Position numbers and translations under genes: made by a program
From: Clostridia bacterium
GTDB taxonomy: Bacteria > Bacillota > Clostridia > Peptostreptococcales > Acidaminobacteraceae
Direction: 5' to 3'
Length of the DNA: 64,000 bases
Assembly (NCBI GenBank): GCA_014859095.1
Contig: JACUUV010000004.1
Location: 17,390-81,389, forward strand
Notes under the pieces: model-generated
The model's database searches: none
What the model was told of the DNA's origin: nothing
What the model saw: only the letters and a program-made list of their open reading frames with translations
In this document: positions 8,022 through 17,542 of the stretch, in pieces
Layout of the letters: the number at the start of each line of letters is the position of its first letter
Position numbering within the stretch: position 1 is the stretch's first letter

Positions 8022-9355
8022 TTTTCGATATCCAGTTCCTGCATTTTGTTGAAAAGTTGACGTCTTGTAATTCCAAGAATATCTGAGGCTTGAGTCAGAT
8101 GACCCGTGGTGTGTTTCAGTATACGTTGAATATACAGTTTTTCCGTTTGGTTTCTGAATTCTTTAAGCGATTGAATCTGGAGGATGTTCTTTTGGTTGAA
8201 ATCCGCCTGAAGATCGGATTTTCTCAGTATGCCGTCCGATGATAATACAATCAAGCGTTCCACCATGTTCTTGAGTTCTCTGATGTTACCCGGATAATCG
8301 TAATGGAGCAAATAATCCATCAAATCGTCATCAATTCCCTTGATGGTCTTTTTCATATCGCTGGCAAGTTTGGACATGAAAAAGTGGACCATTTGTCCAA
8401 TATCCTCACGTCGTTCTCTGAGTGGAGGTATTTCAAGTGCAAAAGTACTGATTCTATAATAGAAATCTTCCCTGAACGTACCGGATTGAATCATTTCATT
8501 CAAGTTTCTGTTGGTCGCACAGATCAGTCTGAAATCTACATTGATGAGTCTGTTTGAACCGATACGCTCAATATTTCTTGTGTCGAGTACTCTTAGCATC
8601 TTTACTTGCATATCCAAAGTGGCGTCGCCAATTTCATCGAGGAATAGTGTGCCACCTTCTGAAGCTTCAAATTTTCCGATACGCGTTTCGGTGGCACCTG
8701 TAAATGCACCTTTTTCGTGTCCAAAAAGCTCAGATTCCAGTAATGTCTTGGAATAAGCATGACAATTGACAGGAATGAAATTTTTGTCGAATCTCTGTGA
8801 TTTCTCATGAATATAAGCTGCAAAAGCTTCTTTTCCGACTCCTGACTCACCAAGTAAAAGGACATTGGCATTACTCGGCGCGATTTTCTCAATCAGCTCG
8901 ATGATTCTTTTCATCTTTGGATTCTTGGACATCATGAGGTATTGACCTTTTGCGGCAGGCTGATTGATTTTGAGCGTCAATTCAGCTATGTGCTTTACTT
9001 TTGCTACTTCGAACAAAAGTTCTTGTGGGTCATGGGACTTGATATAATAAGAAAATGCTCCTCTTCGCATGGCATCCACTGCGTTCTTTATGCTGCCATA
9101 GCCCGTGATTATTATAACTTCAGTATCGGTATGATTGGATTTGATTTTCTTGAGGAGTTCAAATCCATCCATATCCTGCATGAAAAAATCGCTGAGCACC
9201 AGGTCATAACTGTGATCATCCAACATTTCAAGCGCATGAGACGAACTCGTGGTGGTGTGAACGTCGTATTTTTCGCTTTCAAGAATAAGCTTGAGCACAT
9301 CGCAATAATGCTTTTCATCGTCGACTATCAATATTTTAAAAGCGGAGTTTTGCAT
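8012..9355 (-). CDS. sigma-54-dependent response regulator (NtrC family: REC + AAA+ + Fis-type HTH)
   Basis: REC domain (ILIVDDE...DLVLSD). AAA+ domain with Walker A GESGVGKE and the sigma-54 contact motif GAFTGA, plus FLDEIGD. C-terminal HTH segment (LTQASDILGITRRQL). Confidence 0.9.
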   Translation of the reverse strand: MQNSAFKILIVDDEKHYCDVLKLILESEKYDVHTTTSSSHALEMLDDHSYDLVLSDFFMQDMDGFELLKKIKSNHTDTEVIIITGYGSIKNAVDAMRRGAFSYYIKSHDPQELLFEVAKVKHIAELTLKINQPAAKGQYLMMSKNPKMKRIIELIEKIAPSNANVLLLGESGVGKEAFAAYIHEKSQRFDKNFIPVNCHAYSKTLLESELFGHEKGAFTGATETRIGKFEASEGGTLFLDEIGDATLDMQVKMLRVLDTRNIERIGSNRLINVDFRLICATNRNLNEMIQSGTFREDFYYRISTFALEIPPLRERREDIGQMVHFFMSKLASDMKKTIKGIDDDLMDYLLHYDYPGNIRELKNMVERLIVLSSDGILRKSDLQADFNQKNILQIQSLKEFRNQTEKLYIQRILKHTTGHLTQASDILGITRRQLFNKMQELDIENEK

Positions 9356-9357
9356 TT

Positions 9358-11346
9358 TTAAACCTCATAATCTTTCTTGAATTTGATTTTAAATGTCGTT
9401 CCAACATCCACTTTGGAAATGACTTCAATGGATCCGTTCATTTTTTTAAGCTCGTTGTATACGATGTAGAGCCCTAGACCTGTGCCTTCACCGACTTTTT
9501 TTGTGGTGAAAAAGGGTTCGAAAAGTTTATCGAGGACTTCACGGGACATCCCCATGCCACGATCAATGACATGGATTGCAGGTCCATCAGATGTTTTGTT
9601 AAGCCAAATGGTCAGTTGTCCACCCTTCGGCATTGCATCAATGGCGTTGTTCATTAGATTGATGAGTATGTGTTTTAACGATTCTTCATGTGTGTTGATG
9701 GTCACTTCCTCTAGAATCAATTGACACTTAAGTCTGTTTTGATGCATGAGTTTTTCATTGAGTTCAACGACATTCTCAATAAATTCCTTTAGAGGTACAG
9801 TAGTAATCGCATCATCTGACAGCCTTGAAAAATTCAACAGATTGTCTATGATGGACGATGCTTTTTCAACCGACTCCTCAATGATTTCGAGTGATTTTGT
9901 GAGCATCGTAGAGTCCCCCTGAGATCTTTTGAGGATAAAAGCGTAATTCCTGATCAGACCCAGTGGATTCCTGATTTCATGCGCTACTCCAGTTGCAAGT
10001 TGGCCGACAGCAGCCATTTTGTTATCCTGTAGCATTCTGGCTTCGTTGATTTTTCTGTCGGTGACATCTTCAATCATAATCAATGTGGAAGCATTGGTGT
10101 ATTCTTCATATTCAATCAGATATGGAGTCAATCGATATGTCCTACCTTTAACAATTTGTTCGAGTACTTCCCGCGAACTTAGCAAGTGCCATTTGACCGA
10201 TTCTGTAATTCCAGGCATTACAGCATCCAGGTAAGTAGATTCGACTGTAGGATCCACTTTGAAAAAATCATAAAAAAGATTGTTGGCCGTTAAGACCTGT
10301 AAATCGTTGGAAACCACTACAATCAGATGGTGGAGGCTATCTATGATAGTCAGTAGATTGTTCTTGCTGACAATCAGTGCTTTGGTTTGTGTCTCGACTG
10401 CTTTTTTCAGTTCAAGATTCCAAAATAGAGTCAAGATGATGATCAAAGAAATAATCGATATTGATGCGACAAAACTAAGAGTAATTTTCAATTTTTGTGT
10501 ATTGTTTCCAATGGGAGTGGAAATCCCAAACCATTTTTGCTGTATCTTATTGATGGTGTTTTTTTCTGTCAAGGCATAGATACCTTTGTTGATAATGCCC
10601 TGCAAACGCTTATCATCAAGCGAAAGACTCAAGACTGAAGGCAGCTCATAAAGTGGTTGGTCAACAATTTCAAACTGATCGGCTGCATCGTAGATACCAA
10701 GGAAATAACTGATTACAGGCTCATCACCTACAAGGGCTTCAACACTTCCTCCCATTAATAATCTTAGACTTTCCTCGTAATCTTTTGTGAAAACGTAGTT
10801 GACTCCATCAATTGTGTTTTTTAAGAATTCATGAACATAATCACCACTTTGCACAGCGACGGTTTTCCCTTTCAGATCAACCACGCTTTTAACGGACTGC
10901 TCGTTTTTGTTCACTAGAATGATGCCCCTCTGGTTGTAGACTGGATCTGAGAAAAGAAAAATCTCGGATCGCGCTTTCGATGGGTACATGTCACATATGT
11001 CACTTTCTCCATTTTGAAGTGCCCTCAGCGCATCCTCCCAGACCATGGGAACAAAATGTATTTCAGTACCAAGTTCAATGGAAAGTGCCTGCAGATAATC
11101 GATAACTATGCCTTTGTACTGACCAGACTCTTTATCATAAAAACGAAGAGGAGGAGAGTTGTTGTCCGAAGCATAGATGATGGGTCCATGCTCTGACAAG
11201 TAATTCCGGTCGTCACTGGTCAGTTGATGGGTAGAAAAGAAATATTGAAAAAAATTCATATGAAAGTTGGCTTTTACATAGGCATTCGAGATAAACAAGA
11301 CAAAAAGTAACAATGAAATGGTCAGTAGAGTTATTTTTCTCTTCAT
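9358..11346 (-). CDS. sensor histidine kinase with extracytoplasmic amino-acid-binding (SBP type 3) domain, PAS, HisKA and HATPase
   Basis: Signal/TM segment, then a type-3 solute-binding-like domain (SPPLRFYD...KGIVIDY...VAVQSGD...), a second TM, a PAS-like region, an H-box (VAHEIRNPL) and N/G boxes (LMNNAIDAM, DRGMGM, GTGLGL). There is a 2-nt gap to the regulator gene. Confidence 0.85.
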   Translation of the reverse strand: MKRKITLLTISLLLFVLFISNAYVKANFHMNFFQYFFSTHQLTSDDRNYLSEHGPIIYASDNNSPPLRFYDKESGQYKGIVIDYLQALSIELGTEIHFVPMVWEDALRALQNGESDICDMYPSKARSEIFLFSDPVYNQRGIILVNKNEQSVKSVVDLKGKTVAVQSGDYVHEFLKNTIDGVNYVFTKDYEESLRLLMGGSVEALVGDEPVISYFLGIYDAADQFEIVDQPLYELPSVLSLSLDDKRLQGIINKGIYALTEKNTINKIQQKWFGISTPIGNNTQKLKITLSFVASISIISLIIILTLFWNLELKKAVETQTKALIVSKNNLLTIIDSLHHLIVVVSNDLQVLTANNLFYDFFKVDPTVESTYLDAVMPGITESVKWHLLSSREVLEQIVKGRTYRLTPYLIEYEEYTNASTLIMIEDVTDRKINEARMLQDNKMAAVGQLATGVAHEIRNPLGLIRNYAFILKRSQGDSTMLTKSLEIIEESVEKASSIIDNLLNFSRLSDDAITTVPLKEFIENVVELNEKLMHQNRLKCQLILEEVTINTHEESLKHILINLMNNAIDAMPKGGQLTIWLNKTSDGPAIHVIDRGMGMSREVLDKLFEPFFTTKKVGEGTGLGLYIVYNELKKMNGSIEVISKVDVGTTFKIKFKKDYEV

Positions 11347-11424
11347 TAATCCCTCCTCTGTGGATAAATCTAATAGTCTTATATTATAACGAATCTTTAA
11401 TTAATTCAAGCTACATAAGTGATA

Positions 11425-12042
11425 CTATTTTTCTCGGCTTCTTAAACGGCTCAATATTGAGGCTACTGAAATGTTTTTTTCTCTCAGTAGAACCATCAAA
11501 TGATATAAAAGGTCACTTATTTCATCTATTAAAGGATCGATATCGTCGTTTTTTGAGGCTATGATGACTTCAGAAGCTTCCTCACCAACTTTTTTCAGAA
11601 TTTTATCTATTCCAGAGTCAAAAAGATATTTGGTATAGGAGGAGCTTGAATCAGAGTGTTTTCTTTGATCAACGGTTTCCTCAAGTGCAAATAAAGTGTT
11701 ATATAATGAAGGGAATGAGTCCAACGACTTGATCGGATCTGAAAAAAAGCAACTTGTATGTCCGGTATGGCAAGTCGGACCCTGTGGAATGGCGAATATG
11801 AGCAACGTGTCTTGATCACAGTCCAGTTTGATTTGACTCACCTTAAGCCGATTGCCTGAGGTTTCGCCTTTTTGCCAAAGTTTAAGTCTTTTTCTTGAGT
11901 AGAATGTGACCCAACCAGTTGATTTTGTAATTTCCAGTGCTTCCTCATTCATATATCCCAGCATGAGGACATCGCCTGTCACTGAGTTTTGAATGATTGT
12001 GGGGATTAAACCCGAAGCGTCATAATTGATTTGATTTGTCAT
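11425..12042 (-). CDS. hisIE: bifunctional phosphoribosyl-AMP cyclohydrolase / phosphoribosyl-ATP pyrophosphatase
   Basis: HisI part (GLIPTIIQ......LMLGYMNEEAL..T...G.VTFYSRKR..LW.KGETSGN...V..I.LDCD.D.LL) with a CHTG...CF zinc site, then a HisE part (L..LE..V..R). Confidence 0.9.
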   Translation of the reverse strand: MTNQINYDASGLIPTIIQNSVTGDVLMLGYMNEEALEITKSTGWVTFYSRKRLKLWQKGETSGNRLKVSQIKLDCDQDTLLIFAIPQGPTCHTGHTSCFFSDPIKSLDSFPSLYNTLFALEETVDQRKHSDSSSSYTKYLFDSGIDKILKKVGEEASEVIIASKNDDIDPLIDEISDLLYHLMVLLREKNISVASILSRLRSREK

Positions 12043-12054
12043 GAGAGAATCTCC

Positions 12055-12816
12055 TTATACGAGTCTGATTGGTATTCCACTGGATGCCAGTGTTCTTTTG
12101 AGTAGTCCGATGTTGAGTTGATTTCGATGAAATAGGGAGGCTGCGAGTGCACCGTCAGCACCACCAACAGTTAAAGCATCCTTAAAATGCTTGATTTCAC
12201 CAGCGCCTCCAGATGCGATTATGGGAATGCTGACAGCTTCAGAAATCAAAGAGGTGATTTTGAGATCATACCCTCCATAGACTCCATCATTGTCGATACT
12301 GTTGATTACAATTTCACCAGCACCTAGTGATTCGGCTTTTTTTGCCCATTCCACCGCATCCATATAAGTGTTTGTTCTACCGCCCGTTGTGAATACTGTC
12401 CATTTGCCATCAGATGTCATTTTGACGTCCATTGAAAGGACCACACATTGGTTGCCGAAACGCTTTGCTGCCTCTGTGATTGCGAGTGGATTCTTTATGG
12501 CACCAGAATTAATCGAGACTTTGTCGGCACCTGCAGAGAGCAAATTATAAAAATCCTCAATAGTATTTACACCACCACCGACAGTAAGTGGAATGTTGAT
12601 GTTAATTGCAGTTTTTTCAATCACACCGAGAAGCGCTTTTCTATTTTCATAAGACGCGGATATATCGTAGAAAACGAGTTCGTCCACACCTTCATCACAA
12701 TACCTCTTTGCGAGTTCGACCGGATCGCCTATTGTGGATATGTTTTGAAATTTTATGCCTTTGACCACATTGCCATCATGGACATCGAGGCATGATATGA
12801 TTCGTTTAGCCAGCAT
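12055..12816 (-). CDS. hisF: imidazole glycerol phosphate synthase, cyclase subunit
   Basis: MLAKRIISCLDV.DG.VVKG..F......GDPVELA..Y...G.DELVFYDI.AS... Start set at ATG 12816 (SD GGAGG). It overlaps the hisA stop. Confidence 0.9.
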   Translation of the reverse strand: MLAKRIISCLDVHDGNVVKGIKFQNISTIGDPVELAKRYCDEGVDELVFYDISASYENRKALLGVIEKTAININIPLTVGGGVNTIEDFYNLLSAGADKVSINSGAIKNPLAITEAAKRFGNQCVVLSMDVKMTSDGKWTVFTTGGRTNTYMDAVEWAKKAESLGAGEIVINSIDNDGVYGGYDLKITSLISEAVSIPIIASGGAGEIKHFKDALTVGGADGALAASLFHRNQLNIGLLKRTLASSGIPIRLV

Positions 12817-13522
12817 TTGAGACCTCCAGTGCTTCAACGAGGGTGAAACGTTCTTCATAGAGCGCTTTTCCGACAATACATCCATAAATATTCATGGCAT
12901 TAAGCTTTTTCAGATCTTTTAATGAACCGACACCACCCGATGCAATCAGTTCAACATCGAATGATCTCATAATCGTTTCCAGAACATTGATATTAGGCCC
13001 GATAAACATGCCGTCGGTGTCGATATCCGTATAAACCATCCTTTTGATGCCCATAGAGAGTATCGATCTGATCATATCATCTCTTTTTATCCCAGAAGAG
13101 TTTTGCCAACCATCCGTGGCCATGATGCCATCTTTGCAATCGATTGAAGCAATGATGCGTCCCGGGTAATCACTTACTAGCTTTGATATGATCTTGGGAG
13201 ATTTTGTGAGCCAACTGCCAAGTACAATCTCATAACCCATGTTTAGGTAGTCAGTAGCTGTTTTCAGTGACCTGATGCCTCCACCAATTTGTATGGGTAT
13301 GTCCACAGCTTTTCGAATGTGTTCAAGTAAACGGTCAGAAGTGTTTAGATTGCCACCCGCACCATCAAGATTGACTATGTGCAGTCTTTTTGCACCTTCT
13401 GATACAAATTGTTTGGCAACAAAAACAGGGTCATCGAAATAGACCTTTTTTGTGTCGAAATCGCCTTTAGTAAGTCTGACACATGAGCCACCCATTATGT
13501 CAATCGCTGGATATAATACCAT
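12806..13522 (-). CDS. hisA: 1-(5-phosphoribosyl)-5-[(5-phosphoribosylamino)methylideneamino]imidazole-4-carboxamide isomerase
   Basis: MVLYPAIDIMGG.CVRL.KGDF......Y.DPV..A..F...GA..LH.V.LDGA is the typical HisA pattern, at the expected operon position. Confidence 0.9.
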   Translation of the reverse strand: MVLYPAIDIMGGSCVRLTKGDFDTKKVYFDDPVFVAKQFVSEGAKRLHIVNLDGAGGNLNTSDRLLEHIRKAVDIPIQIGGGIRSLKTATDYLNMGYEIVLGSWLTKSPKIISKLVSDYPGRIIASIDCKDGIMATDGWQNSSGIKRDDMIRSILSMGIKRMVYTDIDTDGMFIGPNINVLETIMRSFDVELIASGGVGSLKDLKKLNAMNIYGCIVGKALYEERFTLVEALEVSNAG

Positions 13523-14138
13523 TTAAGCCTCCTTCAATTAAGTGATTGATCATTGCCTTAAGCATTGTTTCTCCGGATTGGCCACTTTTCTCAGGATGGA
13601 ATTGGAAACCTGCCGCACTTTCTTTTTGGACCACAGCAGGTATTGCTTCTCCATAGTGAGTTGTGAAAAGGACCACACCGGGTTCGGTGGATGTCAGTGC
13701 ATAAGAGTGTACAAAATATGCCCAGCTTCCATTGTAATTCAGACCGTTATCATTTAACTGATCTAATGTGTTCCATCCCATGTGGGGAATTTTAGGTGCA
13801 TCTGGTCTTGGACTGAGCTTTTTAAAATGTCCTTTGATCAGTCCAAGTCCTGATATGCCAGGTGCTTCGTCAGAGCTTTCAAATAAAAGCTGCATGCCAA
13901 GACAAATTCCAAGAAGTGGTCTTGAATATTCAAACCTTTTTTTTAGTGCAGAGGCAATACCGGATTGATTCAACTTATCCATGGCATCACCAAAAGCTCC
14001 AACGCCAGGTAAAATGACAAAATCAGCAGTTTCAATTTCATCTGGATTATTTGATAATGTCAAAGAAATCCCAATTCTCTGAAATGCAGCTTTGACACTG
14101 TGCAGATTCCCGGTGCCATAATCGATTAAAAGATTCAT
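13500..14138 (-). CDS. hisH: imidazole glycerol phosphate synthase, glutamine amidotransferase subunit
   Basis: IDYGTGNLHSV..AF......., ILPGVGAFGDAM, GICLGMQLLFE.S.E (catalytic Cys), and FVHSY...H. Confidence 0.9.
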   Translation of the reverse strand: MNLLIDYGTGNLHSVKAAFQRIGISLTLSNNPDEIETADFVILPGVGAFGDAMDKLNQSGIASALKKRFEYSRPLLGICLGMQLLFESSDEAPGISGLGLIKGHFKKLSPRPDAPKIPHMGWNTLDQLNDNGLNYNGSWAYFVHSYALTSTEPGVVLFTTHYGEAIPAVVQKESAAGFQFHPEKSGQSGETMLKAMINHLIEGGLNGIISSD

Positions 14139-14728
14139 ATTGCACCTCCACTTATTCGGGGATCGCCTTTAATGGAGCTGGAAGTATTGTTGCTTTGTGA
14201 TAGCGCAATTTTCAGTGCTTTACCGAGACTCTTGAAGAGTGCTTCAATGATATGGTGAGAGTTGGACCCATCCAGTACATCGATATGAAGTGTCATCCAG
14301 GCATTGCTGGAAAGTGCGTCTAGGAAAGGGATCATTGAATCGCTTTCAAAAGCCCCCAGTCGTTCGCTGAGTCTGGGAAGTTCACATTTCAGATATCGAC
14401 GTCCACCGAGGTCGATCACAGATCTCACGAGTGCTTCATCCATCGGAATCGTGACACTTGCGAATCGCTCCACTAAGGGTTTTGTTTTCATAAATTCATA
14501 TAATGCATTTCCTATCACAATACCAACATCCTCTGCTGTGTGGTGGGTGTCAACGTCAAGATCGCCTGTGACATTTATGGTCAGATTGAAACCGGCATAA
14601 AAGGTCATTGTGTTGAGCATATGATCAAAGAAACCTATACCGGTCCTAATATCACTTATACCGGAGCCATAAGGTTCGAGTGCTAACTTGACGACAGTTT
14701 CTTTAGTCTCTCTTGTGATTTCAATCAT
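14135..14728 (-). CDS. hisB: imidazoleglycerol-phosphate dehydratase
   Basis: RETKET.V.L.L...G......TGIGFFDHML........F.L.....GDL.VD.HHT.EDVGI..G is the IGPD signature. Start at ATG 14728 (SD AAGGGAG). Confidence 0.9.
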   Translation of the reverse strand: MIEITRETKETVVKLALEPYGSGISDIRTGIGFFDHMLNTMTFYAGFNLTINVTGDLDVDTHHTAEDVGIVIGNALYEFMKTKPLVERFASVTIPMDEALVRSVIDLGGRRYLKCELPRLSERLGAFESDSMIPFLDALSSNAWMTLHIDVLDGSNSHHIIEALFKSLGKALKIALSQSNNTSSSIKGDPRISGGAI

Positions 14729-15701
14729 GTTGTCTCCCTTCTTCGCAGGCAAGAATCATTTTAAGCACTTCATTATTTTGTTGCTCTGTTCCAAGACTGA
14801 ATCTTACATACGACTTAAGTGAATTGTCATCAAAGAACCTCATTGAAAAGGAAGCTTCAGACAAACTCTTTTTAAGATTTGATAGGTTCCGGGATTTGAA
14901 AAGTATGAAATTTCCGCCGGATTCGATGTATGGAATATTCATCCTATTTAGCTCGCTTTGAACCCGCTCTCGTTCCACTACAATTTTTTCAATGTTGACT
15001 TTTACTGAAGCAAGGTTATCGAGTAAGTTCAGCACTGCGGCGACTGTGAATTGGTTGACATTGTAGGGTGCTCTTTTTGACTCGATCCGCTCTATGTTGG
15101 ACTCTGAAGAGATTGCAAAACCGAATCTTAACGCTGCAAGACCATAACCTTTGGAAAAAGTCCTGAGGACGATCAGATTATTGTACTTTCGAATATAAGA
15201 CAAAACCGATTCGCCACCAAAATCAATATAAGCTTCGTCGACGATGACAGTTGCACTTGTACTTTCGAGAAGGTATATGATCTCTGCTTTTTTTATGATT
15301 TGACCCGTTGGATTGTTTGGATTGCAAAGAATAATGAGTTTTGGATTATATTTCTTCACGTGTTGGATCATCAGTTTCATATCCGGATTATAGGGAGGTT
15401 CCAGCTTGAGTTCGACATATTTAGAATCTCTTAATTCACAGATTCGTTTGTATTCGCTGAATGTAGGTGCAAAACTGACAATTTCATCACTCGCTGATGC
15501 TAGTGCGAATATCGTGCTTTGAAGGACTTCGTCAGATCCGTTGCCTAAACTGAGATTGTTACTGTCAACACCAATTGTTTTTGCTAGTTTATTCTTTAGC
15601 TCTGAATAATCAGAATCGGGATAACGATTCAGATGGATGTTTGCAAGACATTTGTCCCATTCAATCTGAGCAGGGTAAGGGTTTTCATTTTTTTCCAGCA
15701 T
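14721..15701 (-). CDS. hisC: histidinol-phosphate aminotransferase
   Basis: Class-II aminotransferase pattern (LNRYPD..., GNGSDE, NPNNPTG, VDEAY.DF, RTFSKGYGLAALR.G with the PLP lysine). Start at ATG 15701 overlaps the hisD 3' end. Confidence 0.88.
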   Translation of the reverse strand: MLEKNENPYPAQIEWDKCLANIHLNRYPDSDYSELKNKLAKTIGVDSNNLSLGNGSDEVLQSTIFALASASDEIVSFAPTFSEYKRICELRDSKYVELKLEPPYNPDMKLMIQHVKKYNPKLIILCNPNNPTGQIIKKAEIIYLLESTSATVIVDEAYIDFGGESVLSYIRKYNNLIVLRTFSKGYGLAALRFGFAISSESNIERIESKRAPYNVNQFTVAAVLNLLDNLASVKVNIEKIVVERERVQSELNRMNIPYIESGGNFILFKSRNLSNLKKSLSEASFSMRFFDDNSLKSYVRFSLGTEQQNNEVLKMILACEEGRQHD

Positions 15702-16911
15702 GATTTCTGACCTCCAATGCATTTTTGTGTGCGGTCAATCCCTCAATTTCCGCAAATTCTTGAACGGAAGCATTCACTGAACGTAGTGCTTCCTCAGTAT
15801 AATACAAATAACTCGGTCTCCTGATGAAATCATAGACGCCTAAGGGGGATGAGAATCTCGCAGTACCATTTGTGGGAAGTGTATGGTTGGTTCCGGCGTA
15901 GTAATCGCCTAGTGTTTCAGGTGTATAGTTACCCAGGAAGATTGCGCCGGCGTTGATCACAGTGTCAAGATAATCAAACGGATTTTCTATTGCAAGTTCG
16001 AGATGCTCAGGGGCAATGGTGTTGGCAAAGTCAATGCATTCATCTAGGGTTGCGGCTATATGGACTTTGAAGTTCTGATCCAGCGCTTTTGATATGGTAT
16101 CATCTCGTGACAATTTTGGCAGTTGGACATTCAATTCAGCAATGACGGAACTTGCGATATCTTGATCGGTTGTAATCAGAAAAAGACGTGCATTGGCATC
16201 GTGTTCCGCCTGGGCCATCAGGTCTGCAGCGATGAATTCAGGTGATGCAGTAGAATCGGCTACCACAGCAATTTCACTTGGTCCTGCTATCATATCTATG
16301 GCAACATCTCCAAACACTATTTTTTTTGCCATCGTCACATAACGGTTGCCAGGCCCGACAATTTTGTCAACTTTCTTGATGGATTCTGTTCCATAAGTTG
16401 CTGCGGCAATCGCTTGTGCACCACCGACGCGATAAATTTCCGTTATGCCAAGTCTATGACATACATAGAGTACGTGTGAGTCGAGTTCACCATTTATCCC
16501 TGGAGGGGAGAGGACTACGATTTCTTTTACACCTGCGATTTGAGCCGGTATGGCGTTCATTAGTACTGTTGAAGGGTAGATTGCTGTACCACCAGGAATG
16601 TAAAGTGCCACTCTGTTCAGTGGAAGGATCCGCTGTCCCATGATGATGCCTTGGTCCCTCTTGATTTCAAAGGCTTTGGGCAATTGATTGATGTGGTAGG
16701 CTCTTATATTGTCAATAGCTTCATCCACAGTTGTGATGAAAGAGGATGATACTTTCGATTCTGATTTAATAATCAAATCGTTTTCTACTCTAAGAGCTGT
16801 AATTTCCGATAGATCAAAAAGTCTTGTATATTCAAGAAGGGCAGAGTCGCCCTCCTGTCTGACTTTACCAATAATGGTTTTTACTTCGGCTTCTATGGTC
16901 TCATTGAACAT
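15685..16911 (-). CDS. hisD: histidinol dehydrogenase
   Basis: ...LYIPGGTA.YPSTVLMNAIPA.IAGV.EIV...PP..., AQAEHD, APEHLEL are the typical HisD motifs. Confidence 0.9.
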   Translation of the reverse strand: MFNETIEAEVKTIIGKVRQEGDSALLEYTRLFDLSEITALRVENDLIIKSESKVSSSFITTVDEAIDNIRAYHINQLPKAFEIKRDQGIIMGQRILPLNRVALYIPGGTAIYPSTVLMNAIPAQIAGVKEIVVLSPPGINGELDSHVLYVCHRLGITEIYRVGGAQAIAAATYGTESIKKVDKIVGPGNRYVTMAKKIVFGDVAIDMIAGPSEIAVVADSTASPEFIAADLMAQAEHDANARLFLITTDQDIASSVIAELNVQLPKLSRDDTISKALDQNFKVHIAATLDECIDFANTIAPEHLELAIENPFDYLDTVINAGAIFLGNYTPETLGDYYAGTNHTLPTNGTARFSSPLGVYDFIRRPSYLYYTEEALRSVNASVQEFAEIEGLTAHKNALEVRNHAGKK

Positions 16912-17533
16912 TGAGGATCTCCTTTTCTATATTTTTCAGCCTTTCAATCAACCGGTTGATGGCTTCAAATTTTGTTTTGTATGCGACTGGATTTGAAATC
17001 AAACGTGTGGATACGTCTTCTATTTCTTCGATTACAATCAAGTTGTTGTCGCGGAGAGTTCGTCCTGACTCCACCAAATCGACGATGACATCGCTGATGC
17101 CAACAACTGGCCCAAGTTCTACGGAACCGTTCAGTTTTATGACCGTTCCAAGCTTGCCAGAGTTCTTCAGAAATAACTCCGTGCTCTTTGGATATTTTGA
17201 TGCTACCGTGACCCAAGTCTTTTCATAGTAGGCGTGTGTGGCGGGTCCGGCGAGGCACAGTTTGCAACTGCCTATTTTAAGGTCGAGCAGTTCATATCCG
17301 TCAAATTCATATTCCTTCAGTACATCACTACCGACAACGCCAAGTTCAGCGACTGCTGATTGAACATAAGTGGGAACATCGTCCGCTTTGACCAAAATGA
17401 ATTTGAGCAGCATTGAACTGTCATAAAATTGAAGACTTTTCTCGCTACCAGGTTCAATTGCTATACCCAGGACTCTTAATTTTTCAAGAAATGCATTTGC
17501 CACCCGTCCTTTTGAAAGTGCTATCGTTATCAT
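16901..17533 (-). CDS. hisG: ATP phosphoribosyltransferase, short (HisZ-dependent) form
   Basis: MITIALSKGR.......L...GI... and DLVESGRTLRDNNL. At 210 aa it lacks the C-terminal regulatory domain, which fits the adjacent hisZ. Confidence 0.9.
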   Translation of the reverse strand: MITIALSKGRVANAFLEKLRVLGIAIEPGSEKSLQFYDSSMLLKFILVKADDVPTYVQSAVAELGVVGSDVLKEYEFDGYELLDLKIGSCKLCLAGPATHAYYEKTWVTVASKYPKSTELFLKNSGKLGTVIKLNGSVELGPVVGISDVIVDLVESGRTLRDNNLIVIEEIEDVSTRLISNPVAYKTKFEAINRLIERLKNIEKEILNVQ

Positions 17534-17542
17534 GAAATCCTC

